Part shown: one piece after another, positions 23,598 through 36,850 of the stretch
Position numbering within the stretch: the first letter of the stretch is position 1
How the letters are laid out: each line of letters opens with the position of its first letter
NCBI GenBank assembly: GCA_964016885.1
Contig: CAXHJY010000130.1
Location: 1,743 to 65,742 of the forward strand
DNA: 64,000 nucleotides
Direction: 5' to 3'
Source: Eledone cirrhosa
Taxonomy: Eukaryota
Notes under the pieces: model-generated
What the model was told of the DNA's origin: nothing
Seen by the model: only the letters and a program-made list of their open reading frames with translations
Database searches by the model: none
Program-made: the position numbers and the translations under genes

Positions 23598-23740
23598 TTA
23601 TTAAAATAACAGATTAAAGTTTAAGCAAAGAATCGCTGCTTTCACCCTTAACGGGATCTTCTGAAACCCCGTTTCAGAAGATCCCGTTAAGGGTGAAAGC
23701 AGCGATTCTTTGCTTAAACTTTAATCTGTTATTTTAATAA
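23598..23740. repeat. Palindrome of two back-to-back family X hammerheads
   Basis: Arms 23598-23667 and 23671-23740 are reverse complements around a CCC spacer. Confidence 0.9.
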
Positions 23741-23796
<56 letters not shown>

Positions 23797-23842
23797 CATG
23801 TGTGTGTGTGTGTGTGTGTGTAAATATGTATATGTATGTATG

Positions 23843-24126
23843 TTATCACAATACCTTCCTAGGAGATGGAAACTCTGAATAAAAAGCATGCGACTTCGAA
23901 ATCATCCGATGATGTTCACCAGTTTTTCCTTTTCGGGCAGTGTTTTCGATGCTCAGAATGGGATTGGTCGAGTGCAAGGCCTTTCCCCACTTAAAAAAGC
24001 CTTCAAAACACAGGCATTGCTTGTTCAGGATATGTTACAGGTTTGTGTGGCTGGCCGTAGCCTAAAAGTGCACCAAACTCTATTATCTGACAAGTGATTT
24101 ACTCTTAATAGAGTTTGCATCCATCA
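23843..24126 (+). mobile_element. Short non-coding retroelement fragment with (ATGT)n tail
   Basis: Bounded by TATG arrays. Shares ACAGGCATTGCTT with the RTE-derived element at 24704. Confidence 0.45.
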
Positions 24127-24160
24127 TGTATGTATGTATGTATGTATGTATGTATGTATG

Positions 24161-24637
24161 TTCTTCTGGTTTTATAATTTCACAATTTTTTTCCCAATAA
24201 GGAGAGAGTCGGTTTCTAACATAGACACAAGACTCTCTTATTGGAATTTACACAACATCAACTAGGGAGATTATGTATGCATGTGTAGATATGGATGTTA
24301 TTGTATGTGTGGATGTGTATGTTTTAATTGTATGTGTGCATGTGTATATGCTTTGCATCTGTACATGTGTATATGCAGTTATTAGATGCACAATCTTTGG
24401 AATGTTTTACAAATTTTTACTGTTCCATTAATGGATTGTACTTGTAATTCCTAACTAGTTGTGTTCTTTCTGTTCCTGTGAAGCCTAGCTTCTCAAGATT
24501 TGTATTGAGGCAGTTACTAACATACCCCAGTGCCCCAATAATCACAGGCATAAATCTGAAGGTGTAATCAGGGTGGAGTATCTGCAGATTTCTCATCAGT
24601 TCTGCATAAATATTCTCCTTTTCGCTAATCTTTGATT
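24161..24637 (-). mobile_element. 3' fragment of the same R4-clade family as 28109-32199
   Basis: Near-identical to 28111-28590. Bounded by (TATG)n on both sides. Confidence 0.85.
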
Positions 24638-24703
24638 ATGTATGTATGTATGTATGTATGTATGTATGTATGTATGTATGTATGTATGTATGTATGTATG
24701 TAT

Positions 24704-25310
24704 GTCAGGTCACCAGTTGGTGCTACTGGTAACATGTATCCCAGTACAACCTGTCTCATGGTCGGGTCGTTGGCGACTAAACTGGCAACCCCACCAAGGT
24801 TTCTTGGTGAGGAGGGTGACTTTGGACATCCTGCAGGACGAAAAACAAAACCTGTCAAAGAGCAAAGGAGCTCTTAAGAGTCAATGGCCATCCAAAATCA
24901 CCGGGAGAGATGACCCCTTAGCCTTTGTCAAGGAAGAATTCTAGGAGAAGGAAAACTCTTATATAACACCTGCAACTCTGATGGTATCCACTGATGTTGA
25001 CTTGTTCTTCTTTTTGGTAAATATCATCTTGGTTAAGAGAGTGGGACTGGCTTTGTGCAGTGCCTTTGCTCACTATAAAAGCTTCACGGAACAGGCATTG
25101 CTTTATATCTGGAGATCTCTCTGCACTTGTCGTCACATGGTACCATGGGCCCAGCACTATGTGTCAATAATTGTCACAAGTGTAGTGTTTGTACCAGAGT
25201 TTTCAAGTCGCTGGCCGAACTAAAAAGTCACACTCGTTCAACGCATCGGTAGGGGTTCTCCTACATGGATATAAAGTAGTGGCCGTACTCGAAAACGAGT
25301 TGGCAGCCAC
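24704..25310 (+). mobile_element. Non-autonomous RTE-derived bipartite element (5' UTR + 3' end); shorter copy 32270-32677, 5' fragment 51708-51800
   Basis: Structured 5' end. Relic terminal C2H2 finger HKCSVCTRVFKSLAELKSHTRSTHR* (25175-25252), typical of RTE ORF ends. 3' hairpin, then (ATGT)n tail. Confidence 0.65.
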
Positions 25311-25374
25311 TATGTATGTATGTATGTATGTATGTATGTATGTATGTATGTATGTATGTATGTATGTATGTATG

Positions 25375-28053
25375 TTTCTCTTTCTCTTAATTTCGAGTAT
25401 ATTTTTTTGACCGGCCACCTTCCTGGTGGCAAGGTTGTAAAAGAAAAGAAATTGTCATCCCTTGAATCGCAAGAATGTTTTGCAAATTTTGAAGGTGCCA
25501 GCTATCGCAGCCATTTGTAAACTATGAATTAGGGAGCTGCGCTTTTTGTCCGCAAATCCAAGTTCAGTCATACTTTGGTCCAAGCGGGTTGGTATATAAC
25601 CCGTAGCTCCAATAATGATGGGTATGAAGCTAAAGGTGTATCTTGGATACTGGATTTGTAAACTCCTCATCAATGGTCCGTAGATGTCCTCCTTCTCCTG
25701 TATTTTTCTGACAACGTTTACACAAGTGGGCAGCTGATCTCCACAACAGAACACGTTTTCAATGTGTGGTCCCAAACAACAATATCAGGCCGGTTGTGCT
25801 TTAATTTGATGGCAGTTTTTATTTTCAGGTTCCACCAGTATTCCTTAGTGCCATCTGTCTCAATATATTCTTCCTCGTTTGTTGTTAATTTTGTTTTCCG
25901 AAGTGCGTTCTAGATGGTTCTAGCTATCCCATCGTGTCTCATGGGGAGGTAGTAGCGAGACGACATTCTTTCGCAGCTGGCAACAATGTGGCTTACATCC
26001 TCGATCTTTGTTTTACATAGCCTACATTTATTGTCAGCTGCTGGCCCTCCTCTTTTGTGCAGCAGATATTTGGTAGGGTGTTCTTGTTCCTGTATTGCAT
26101 AGAGATATCCCTCAAGGTGTGATGTCATAAACTTGTCGGAACTCCATGCCAGGCTTTTTGAGTGGTTTATCCCCTCTATGGTCTGTGTTTTACGCCTCAA
26201 GTATCCATGCACAACTTTTTCTGTAAATTGGTCAATTTTTTTATCTTGTTTGAATATTGAATAGGATCTTCCGATTTCTCTGGGTGAGAGATTTATATCA
26301 GGCTTTATTCCATATCTCTCCTCCAGATCAGTCGCTATTCTAATGATATTTTTTTTTCATGCTCATAAACCTGGGCAAGATGGTTGCCAACCTTTTCCCT
26401 CTGTTGAAGGTGTTGCTTCAGTGTTACTATCCGGGTCTCATATGTTGTTAATATTGATTTTCGACCCCGGCCACCTTCCTTGCGTGAGAAGTATAGCCTA
26501 TCCACATCACCATTGATGTTAAAGTTCCCAGTAACACTGAGAAGTTTTCGAGTTCTAACATCCATCTCACTTAGTTCTTGCAATGACCAGTTCAGCAGGC
26601 CAAATGTTGGCGTTAGAATTGGCACAGCATAAATATTGTGGGCAATGTATTTGTTGCATGCTGACAGTTCTGATGACCATATTTTCTTCACTCTTCTGAG
26701 GTATTCAGTTCTGGTTCTCTCCTTATTTATGGGTCCATCATATCTGACATTCTCATCCTGTCCAAGATATCTGTAGTTGTCACCTGACTGCAGAGGTTGT
26801 ATTGTCAGGCCGTTCATCTCTAGATTTCTAGAGGAGGGCACAGCTCTTCCACGTTTTACTGCCAAATATGCACACTTGGACTCACCAAATTTCATTTTGA
26901 TGTCGGTTGAAAATTGTGTAATGAGGTCCAATTGTTTCTTGATGACATTGATATTTGGCCCATACAACTTCAGGTCATCAACAAAGAAAAGATGGGAGAT
27001 ACTTCTGGGCCCACTTCTTTGTCCACCTTGTTTCCTGAGTAGGTAAGATAGTGGATTCAGTGAGAGAACGAAGTGTAGCACTGACAAGCTATCACCCTGA
27101 AAGATGCCCTTCTGGTAATGTATCTTATCAGTCTTAACTTGCTCCTTCTCACTTCTAAGGATCAAATTGGTGTACCAGTTCTTGGTCAGGCGTTCAACAG
27201 CAGCTACCAATGGTTGTGGGACTTTAGCTAACTGTAAAGCCTTAATAATCCACCCATGAGGTACACTAGCAAATGCTTTTTGATAGTCCAGCCACACCAC
27301 AGTCATGTTTCTGCGATTCTTTGTTGTTTTTTCCTGAATCATTTTGTTAGTTAGTAGGTGATCTATGCAACCTCACACCTCCCTATTTCCACCAGCTTGC
27401 TCAGGTGTTATGATGTTGTTGGTAGCACAGTGATCCTGTAAGAACAGGTTAAGGCACCCAGTATATAATTTATACATGATGTTTTGGCAGGCTATTGGGC
27501 GGTAATTTTTAGCAAGGGTGGTTTGGCTATTTGGGGAATGAGGAGAGTAGTGGCAGTTGATAACCATCTGGGCAGTTCTTGTGTGCCCTTAATGGTTTCT
27601 GTAAACAGCCGTATGAGATCTTGCCGATAGAAAGTGAAATTCTTCAACCAGTATCCTGTAATGAGGTCTGGGCCTGGCGATTTCCTATTCGACATTTTCT
27701 GTAGAGCTGTTTCCAGTATTGACCCATTTATGTCGTATTGTTTTATCTGGACATGTTGGCAGTAGTCCTGTTCCAGTTCTTTTAGGCAATTAGCTTGTCT
27801 GTTGAATCCGTCATCCATTTCCCATACAGATCTCAACCTGTTCTTTTGAAGGGTGTCGTTTACAGGGATTGAGCTTTTGCCACCGAAGCTGCGATAAACT
27901 GATTTAGGATCTCTGGCAAACAATCTATTTAGCACTTGTCGTTTATGTGCTGTTGACTTATATTTTAGTCTTTCTGTTGTAGCTGTGAGTTGTTGTTTAT
28001 ACTGGTGTAATTTGGAGTTCAAAGTTTTAAATTTGTATCTCCAAATCGTCTCT
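25375..28053 (-). mobile_element. R4/Dong-clade non-LTR retrotransposon, 5'-truncated and frameshifted (family A)
   Basis: KSPGPD, NYRPIAC, WLDYQKAF, GIFQGDSLS, HLFFVDDLKLY, CRLCKTKIEDVSHIVASC, RHDGIA, KHNRPDI, PIIIGATG. Bounded by (TATG)n. Confidence 0.88.
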
Positions 28054-28078
28054 GTATGTATGTATGTATGTATGTATG

Positions 28079-28108
<30 letters not shown>

Positions 28109-28109
<1 letters not shown>

Positions 28110-31100
28110 GTTCTTCTGGTTTTATAATTTCACAATTTTTTACCAATAGAGAAAGAGTCGGTTTCTAACATAGACACAAGACTCTCTCATTGGAATTTAC
28201 ACAACATCAACTAGGGAGATTATGTCTGCATGTCTGCATGTGTATATATGGATGTTATTGTATGTGTGGATGTGGATGTTTTGAGTTGTATGTGTGCATG
28301 TGTATATGCCTTGTATCTGTACATGTGTATATGCAGTTATTAGATGTAACATTTTTGGAATATTTTACATATTTTTACTGTTCCATTAATGGATTGTACT
28401 TGTAATTTCCTAACTAGTTGTGTTCTTTCTGTTCCTGTGAAGCCTAGCTTCTCAAGATTTGTATTGATTCAGTTACTAACATATCCCAGTGCCCGAATAA
28501 TCACAGGCTTAAATCTGAAGGTGTAATCAGGGTGGAGTATCTGCAGATCTCTCATCAGTTCTGCATGAATATTCTACTTTTCGCTAATATTTGATATTAT
28601 ATTGCCATCTGCTGGGAAGCTAATTTCCACTACTGTGCATGTTTTCTTCTCCCTGCCCCATATCATAATATATGGTCTGTTATTCCTGCATTTTATTGGA
28701 GTTTTTACTGGAACATTCCACCAGTACTCTTTCATATTATGTACATGGATGTCTTCCACATTACTGTAGCTTTTAATGTGTTTATTATCGGGCTATTTTT
28801 TTACGAACTGCATTGTACAGTGTTTTGGCCTCTACAACATGCCTAATGGTAGATAGTACCGCGATGACATCTTTGGACAGCTGCTGATGACATGGGTGAT
28901 ATCCTCGATGTTAGTTCTGCAGAGTCTGCTCTTGTTATTGCATCTAGGTGTTTTGCCTGCATCCCTATCTCTTTTGTGAATCAGGTATTTCGTGTTAATC
29001 TCCTGTTCTTGGATTGCAAAAGCGTATCCTTCAAAGTAGGAGCCAATATAGCGGTTGTTGGTCCAAGATAGACTACTTTCCTTATCTATATTACTCTCAC
29101 TCTGGAGCTCCCTGGCAACATATCCATTCCATGCATGATTTTTTGCTGACAAGCATGCAGCTTTTTATCCATGGATTCACTGCGATACTGCTGTGCGACT
29201 TCCCTGCGTATGAGTTTTTGATTATCACACAGGGAATATCTCTCGAGGAGTTCCTTCCCAACTCTCATGATCTTATCTGTTTCATGCAGATAGACTTGCT
29301 CGAGAAACGGGCTCCTACGCTTCGAGGTTCGTCGATGTTGTCGGAGAGATATGATGCGACATTCAAATGTGTCTGGACTGATGTTAGGCTTCTGCCTCCC
29401 TGCTTACGTTTCAAGTAAAGGCGGTCTATGTCACTGCTGATGGGGAAGTTTCCGGTGTTGTTTAGTATTTTAGTTCCAACATCAACTGCTCGGATTTCGT
29501 CTATCGTCCAATTGAGTATTCCAAACGTTGGTGTTAGGACAGGTACAGCAAACACATTGTGAGACACTGTTTTGCACGGAGAGTTCCGATGATCAGATCT
29601 TTCTTAATCGGGTGTAGTATTCCCTGGTTACGCGTTCTTTATTACAGATACCATTATAGGATATGTTCTCATCTATCCCCAGGTATCTGTAGCAGTCCTC
29701 ATCAGATATCGGTGAAACAGTTAGGTCATTGATGACAATGTTGCTAGATTGAGTTGTTGTTTTACCCCGCTTTACAGTCACGTATGCACATTTATCTTGG
29801 CCAAACTCCATTCCTATATCCTTTGAGAATGTTGTAACCAGGTCAAAATTTTTCTTCACTCCATCCATGTTCTTGGCATAGAGTTTCAGATCGTCCACAA
29901 AGAAATTATGGGGTAGGTTCGTATTTCTGTCCTCCTGTGAGCCAATTATGTATCCCTCACATTTCTTGAGCAGAAAGGACAAGGGGTTTAATGACAAGAT
30001 GAATAATATCACAGAGAGACTTTCCCCCTGAAATATACCTCTACAATATTTTATTTTATCAGTGAAAATAGAGTCCTCCCTCTCTGTCTTTAACCTTAGG
30101 ATAGTATCCCAAGAAGAAGACAGCCTCTCTATGGCTCTGACAATAATGTCTGGGACTTTAGCAAGTTGGAGGGCCTCTATCATCGAAGAGTGGGGAACAG
30201 AATCGAAAGCTTTCCTGTAGTCCAGCCAGACTGTAGTCATATTCCTCCTAAGTTGTCGCACCTCCGACATCGCAGTTTTGTTGATTAGGAGTTGTTCAGC
30301 ACATCCCCAAACCCCTTTCTTTCCAGCTGCTTGTTCATCTGTGATGATGTTATTATTTTCACAGTGATGTTGGAGGAATAGGTTCAGGCAGGCTGTATAC
30401 ATCTTATACATCAGGTCCTGGCATGCAATGGGTCGGTAGTTTTTTGTCAAGTGGGTGTATTTGTTCTTGGGGACCAGTAATGTTTGTGCTAATGTCAACC
30501 ATTCTGGTATAAGTGTATCTCCATTAAGAACTTGTTGGTAGAGGTCAGTAAGATACCTCCGATAGAATATCAATTTTTTGTACCAGTAGCCGACAATCAT
30601 GTCTCTTCCTGGTATTTTTTTATCTTGGAGTTTTTCTATCACAGTCTCAAGGGTACCCTCACTTATTTCGTATGTTTTTGTTGTAGTGTAGGAGTAATAA
30701 TTCTTTCGGATTTCTCTTAGCCACACTGCATCTTGGTTGAAATTCTTTTTTTTTACCCCATATTTTTCTCCAAAAGGAATCTATGTCTTTCTGGGATGGG
30801 GCCTCAGTGACACTTATTATTTTGTCCTTTATATCTCTATAGACTGATGTTTGGTTTCGTCTGAATCTTTTATTAAGCACTTTTCTCTCATCTACCTTCT
30901 TCAGGTATCGACGTTTTTCGCTAACAGCTCTCAATTATTGTTTGAGGGTGATCAGCTTATATTGAAGACTTCTGGTTCTACTGTTACCAAACATCGTCTC
31001 TATTTTATTTTTAACTCTTTGTTGGTGAGGACTGAGGTTTGTTTGTGTTTGTTTGCATGTAAGGAGCATTGTCACATATCCTATGGTTTTTCGTAGGTCA

Positions 31101-32199
31101 GCAATCTTTTTTTCTATTTTAGTTATATATGATGGTATTTTTGGTGGTGTTCTGTTCTTGTTAATATCTCTGCTATTACCAAGATAATGCTTCATTGTCG
31201 TTGCTAGGGCATATAAATAGGCGTTGATTTGCCAAAATGTTGGGGTTTTTATCCGTCGTAAATATTCATCACCTATTTCGTCAATAACACGTAATATTTC
31301 ATTATTTGGTTTTTATTAAACATTGTCGTTTTAATACGTTCAGCAAGAGAGATATTTATACATGAATTAATTTCTCTCTGGAAGATTTCGTTGAGGGAAA
31401 TTTTCAATTGTTTATACTTTCGATTATCATCATTATCGATAGTATTTCCCACAACAGTCGAGGTAGACTCGGATGGTACACGTGGTGTCAAATTTCTTCG
31501 ATTATTATCGATAGTGTTTTCCCCAGCATTCGAGGTAGACTTAGATGGTACAGGTGGTGTCAAGTTTCTTACAGACATAGTTATTTCAAGGCGCTGTTCG
31601 ACCTGGCTGCTAGGAAGTCTAGTAGCATGGCGACTTGTAGCACGTTTTGTTGATAACATGTTTGTTGTGGGGAACTTACAATTAATAATATTTATCTTAT
31701 TTTTACGTTCAACAAACGTCGCTTGTTCGCGTAATCGTTTCGCTGTGAAATAATTTAGCTCTGGGTGCATTTCGTCCCAGTGTAGCTTCATTCTATTCAT
31801 ATAGCCAATGGAGGGAATGTTTTTTGCCATTTTATAACAATTAAATAAATCATTATTAAGTTCGCAACTCCAAGAGAAATGCGATTTATAATTTCGGTTT
31901 CTTCTGTAGCTACAACTGAATAAAGTTTATTTACCTTTCTTTTTGGTTGTCTTCGGTACTTCCTTAATTTTGTTGTTGATGTTGTGTCCAGCCATGCTGT
32001 TTGTAGCAAATCCTTGTAAAATGAATTATGTAATTAGTCGGATATCTCTACGAATTCGAATATACTTCAGAAGATATAGTTAGAAGAATAACCAGTTATT
32101 CAACATGACTGTAGTTGTGGCATTACTGTCGGAGATAGTATTCATCTTAAATTTAATAAATAGTCTCCCACGCCAAAATATGCGACTGATCGCGTTGAC
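28109..32199 (-). mobile_element. R4/Dong-clade non-LTR retrotransposon, near full length, frameshifted (family B)
   Basis: N-terminal GYMNRMKLHWDEMHPEL; RT WLDYRKAFDSVPH, GIFQGESLS, HNFFVDDLKLY; RLCRTNIEDITHVISSC; NNRPYIMIW..VVEISFP. Bounded by (TATG)n. Confidence 0.9.
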
Positions 32200-33794
32200 T
32201 GTATGTATGTATGTATGTATGTATGTATGTATGTATGTATGTATGTATGTATGTATGTATGTATGTATGTCAGGTTACCAGTTGGTGCTACTGGTAACAT
32301 GTATCCCAGTACAACCTGACTCATTGTCGGGTCGTTGGCGACTAAACTGGCAACCCCACCAAGGTTTCTTGGTGAGGAGGGTGACTTTGGACATCCTGCA
32401 GGACTAAAAACAAAACCTGTCAAAGGAGCTCTTAAGAGTCAATGGCTATCCAAAATAACCGGGAGAGATGACCCCTTAGCCTTTGTCAAGGCAGAATTCT
32501 AGGAGAAGGAACACTCTGATATAACACCTGCAACTCTGATGGTATCCAATGATGTTGACTTGTTCTTCTTTTTGGTAAATATCATCTTGGTTAAGAGAGT
32601 GGGACTGGCTTTGTGCAGTGCCTTTGCTCACTATAAAAGCTTCACGGCACTCGAAAACGAGTTGGCAGCCACCACCATGTATGTATGTATGTATGTATGT
32701 ATGTATGTATGTATGTATGTATGTATGTATGTATGTATGTATGTATGTATGTATGTATGTATGTATGTGGGTAGTAAGAATCGACCTTTTACTACCGTTA
32801 TGAAAGTTCATTCACTTACTTTCAGATCTTCTTATATCATTGCACCAATATAAGTGTACATACACGCATGGTATTTGGATACATTCCGTCTTGATAATTT
32901 CTTACTCTTGAATTATTGTATTGAGTCTCCTAATAAAAATACTTCAATTTTAAGTTAGTAGAGCTGACTTTAGCTTATAACAGTGACTATTTTTAGCACT
33001 CTGGTTGACCTGTGCATTTGTCAGACAATATGATTAATAATTTTACATATTAATCTACATGTTAATATACGTGCTTCTTCTCCTAAATGTTATTAGAATT
33101 TCTTCATGTTAGACCAAAGGCGCTGATAGTTCTAGCAATCCCGTTGGCCTGCCTGTATCCTTATATTATAACGTATTCACCATATCCGTTCATATTCTAG
33201 CGCTCTGGTTGACCTATACATTTGTCAGACAATATGATTAATAATTTTACGTAGTAATCAAAATTTTAATATATATATTTATATATCTATATAATTCAAA
33301 CTTTAACAAAACGAAGGATAGTGTTATTATCATTTATTTATACATTGCTGCGGATGTTTCAATGCGGCTAGAATATTACGTCCATTTGTGGAGAGAACTG
33401 GATACTACCAGTTAATTATTTACTCCATTATAGGTGCTTTATTCAAACTGTATCTCTTCAGGAAATATATATAATAAAAAATAACAATAAACTAATTACA
33501 ATCATAAGACAAATTTTTAAGAATATTAGAGGATTCAAAGCAAGGTGCATTCAAGCATGGAATATAAAATTTCAAGTGTAAAGCAAAAGTTTGCGTACGT
33601 TTTCTGACGCAAAATTATAAATTTATCAGTGTTTTTTTTTTCAGAAGCATGTTAAAATATGTGAAAGCTTTGAATTTGTTACAGCAGGGGTTGTTAAACA
33701 AATAGGGAAATAAATAATTTTCTATATAGATAATAAACATAATCACAAGGAACCTTCTGTGGGGTAATTAAAACAAAATATATACAATATACAA

Positions 33795-34505
33795 GTGGTA
33801 CGCGATGGGGCCCACCCACAGCCCCGGCGGACAGGATGGAGAAGGCGTTTCCCCGGAGGACGGCGAGGGAGACGCGCTGGAAGAGCCACTCTAACTCGCG
33901 GGGCTCACACCTGCGGCTGGCCGGCTCAGTGCCTATGGTGGTGAGTAAGGAGGTAGCCCTGGGGCCGAGGACACCAGAAGTCTCCACTGCCAGGGGTACG
34001 ATCGCAAACCTGTCGGAGAGCGACCGGTAATTGAGGAGTTTGGCCCCCTCAGCCCGACGTGCAGCAGAATCTGGGTCGGTCGCAGACTGCACCAGGTTGC
34101 GGCTGCAGAAAGTGTCGGTACAAGTGGCATCCCAGACGAGGGGTTTGCCACCGCGGAACGGGAAGATGGTCATGTCATCTGGCCTTTTGCCATCTCCTCG
34201 ATCCAGTCCCACTGGCTCGAGCTGGGAAGGGAAGCCTGCAGAGTCCAAGCCCCGTTGAGGGCAGTATGGCGTGGAATGCGGCCGGCACTGTGGAGACAGG
34301 AAAGCGGGTGGAGGCCGAAAGAGTCCACGGTGGAACCGCAGCGACATTGGTGTGGCTGGCAGATCCGGAGGCCGAGCCTCAGGGAAACCCTGATGCGCAG
34401 GCTATGGTTGTCTAGTTGCGTGCCAGTGGAGAAGGAGGGCAGGGCATGGAGCCAGGCACCACTGTGGGGTTTGGAGGCCGTACGAAAACAAGCAAGGTGG
34501 TAGGA
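33795..34505 (-). mobile_element. CRE-clade retrotransposon 3' fragment
   Basis: [30 protein letters not shown]. Highly similar to 14339-14997. Confidence 0.82.
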
Positions 34506-34732
34506 CAGTACGTTCAGTTGTTTATCATAGAATGATTTTAAAATATTTAGATTTTGGTTAGTCCAATATCTCATGTAAGTACAAATGATTATATATATAT
34601 GCAGTTAAAAATGTTTTCCCATATATTTTTCAAAGCATATATATGGAGTTACCTATTATTTTTCTAATCGATTCTAGAATAAAAATAATTTTATACGCCT
34701 AACACGCTCATACACATACGCGCGCGCACGCA

Positions 34733-34824
<92 letters not shown>

Positions 34825-36166
34825 CACGTGTTGTTTAGTATAAATTACTGGTTTTAGTTTTGCTTTAATATTTATTATTTCGTGTTGTTTAGTTTTACTT
34901 TAATCTTGTGTTATCTGTTTTAAACTCTGTCTCACCGAGATGTTACATATACTGCAATACATTTTGATATCCATCAACATGAAAACTGACTTAACGTTTT
35001 GCTGCCATTGGAGAAGCGTCCTGTTAGCCGACTCCAAACCATTGGTTCCTGACATCCCACAAAAACCACTTTAATTCCACCCGGCTCAAGTGTGTGCGTG
35101 CGTTAAGCACATCGAAACTTCACGTCAACCATTGAAATACCTACATCAGACACGCAACATATATCAAATGTCACTAAATACACCAATTGAGCATTTAATT
35201 GACCAGCAACATCAGATACAGAAAAGAAGAGCTGCTAGATTAATAGTGTCACATACTTGGATGCAAACTACCTCTGTCGTTAACTTATTGAACCATTTCA
35301 TGACCTCAACTAACTGATGGTGTCTTCTCTATTATTTGTACTAAATAGCTAACTGGACACAGATAAACAATGTTTTCCGGTTGATATAGCATCCTGTTTA
35401 TATTCTCTCACCAACTCAAAATGTATTTCCCTTTTCCTTATTTCTCCAAACATACCAAACCACGTTTAATTATTTAATTATATTACTTTTTACATTCAGA
35501 GAATTAAATACATCCTTTCCTGGCAACATGTTTTCCGTCTGCAAACCTACAGTAAAGTAAATGGTCCATTGTTTCAAGCCCCATGTTATCTCTACACTAT
35601 ATATAATATACCCCCATGACAGCTTTTACATGTCAATTTCATACATCTGCTTCGCATCGGTTCGTTTTACATGCTAAAGTCATCAGTATACTCTATGTCT
35701 TACTTAGATTGATGTTGTGATTATTTTAACTATTTACGGTCTAGCTAATTTATTTGAGTATTGTTATTATTGTTCTGATTTAATGCCACTACTATATATA
35801 GAAGCCATGCCTGTGTATTTCCTTCATTCTCGCATGCTCTGATGAATTGATTGGTTATAACAAAGTATTGGTGATCGATTGACGCAAAAACAGGCGGGTA
35901 GCGATCTCTAGACCTACCAGTTCAGAGAAACAATTGTCAGCAATGTGAATAAAGCCCTTATTGTATAGCAAACCATGTCACTCTTCTTTCTTGATTTATT
36001 ATTACTCCAAGTGTAAACTACATAGAAATCACCGCGTACTAGCATCACTATGGAAACGTCTTGTTGAGTTAAACTTAGCGAAGCGTTAATACTATCCAAT
36101 ACTCGGACTACCCTAACTGGACTACCTATAACAATAATTTTTTATCCCGTATATATATATATATAT

Positions 36167-36760
36167 CTGACGAGGGACTAATTTTATCATATGTAACCCA
36201 TGTGCAACCACGCAGTATTCTTCTTTCTTCTCATGTTTTTTATACATATTTACCTCGGCTGCGTTTGTCTGTTTCTCTCTTACTGCTTCCCCATTCTCTC
36301 TGTTTCTCTCACCTTCTTTCGCCCCCTCTGTCAGTTACACTTTCTCTCGACTGACCTCTTCCTCGCACTTCCACTCACTCACTCTCTGTTTCTCCCCTTC
36401 TCACTTCCTCCCGTTTGGCTAGTAGTGGGGTCTTTTCTTGCTCACATCTCACTCACGTCGGACGGTCTGTATCTTGATCGCTCATGAAATCCACCTAGCT
36501 TTTGCTGACCGGATAACCATGTTGCTTGTTTATTTTCCTATCTTCGGTTTGCTTTTATCCTTCTATGTTGTTTACTTGTCTCACTCGCTTTACGCGACTC
36601 ACTTGTCCCAATAGCTTTTTTTAGTTATTGCTCGCACCAACCTGAGGTATATGATTTTTAATGCGATGAAATATCAATGATGGTTGGCAAATCACTGACG
36701 AGGGACTAATTTTATCATATGTAACCCATGTGCAACCACGCAGTATTCTTCTTTCTTCTC

Positions 36761-36767
<7 letters not shown>
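36167..36767 (+). mobile_element. Non-coding element with ~73-bp terminal direct repeats (period 528 bp), related to 6681-7708
   Basis: CTGACGAGGGACTAATTTTATCATATGTAACCCATGTGCAACCACGCAG... at 36167 and 36695; (TA)n on both sides. Confidence 0.75.

Positions 36768-36850
<83 letters not shown>

Noticed and set aside
24704-24860. HDV-like ribozyme in the RTE-type leader (GGTCACC/GGTGACT could form P1 with a G-U pair)
   Set aside because: Could not place P3/L3, P1.1 or P2 consistently by hand.
23826-32768. Repeat-spacer alternation resembling a CRISPR array
   Set aside because: Repeats are variable-length microsatellites and the spacers are retroelements of 0.3-4 kb; eukaryotic context, no cas genes.
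32995-33255. ~55-bp direct repeat pair, plus similar small duplications at 38499-38570 and 39885/41055
   Set aside because: Short local duplications with no further structure.
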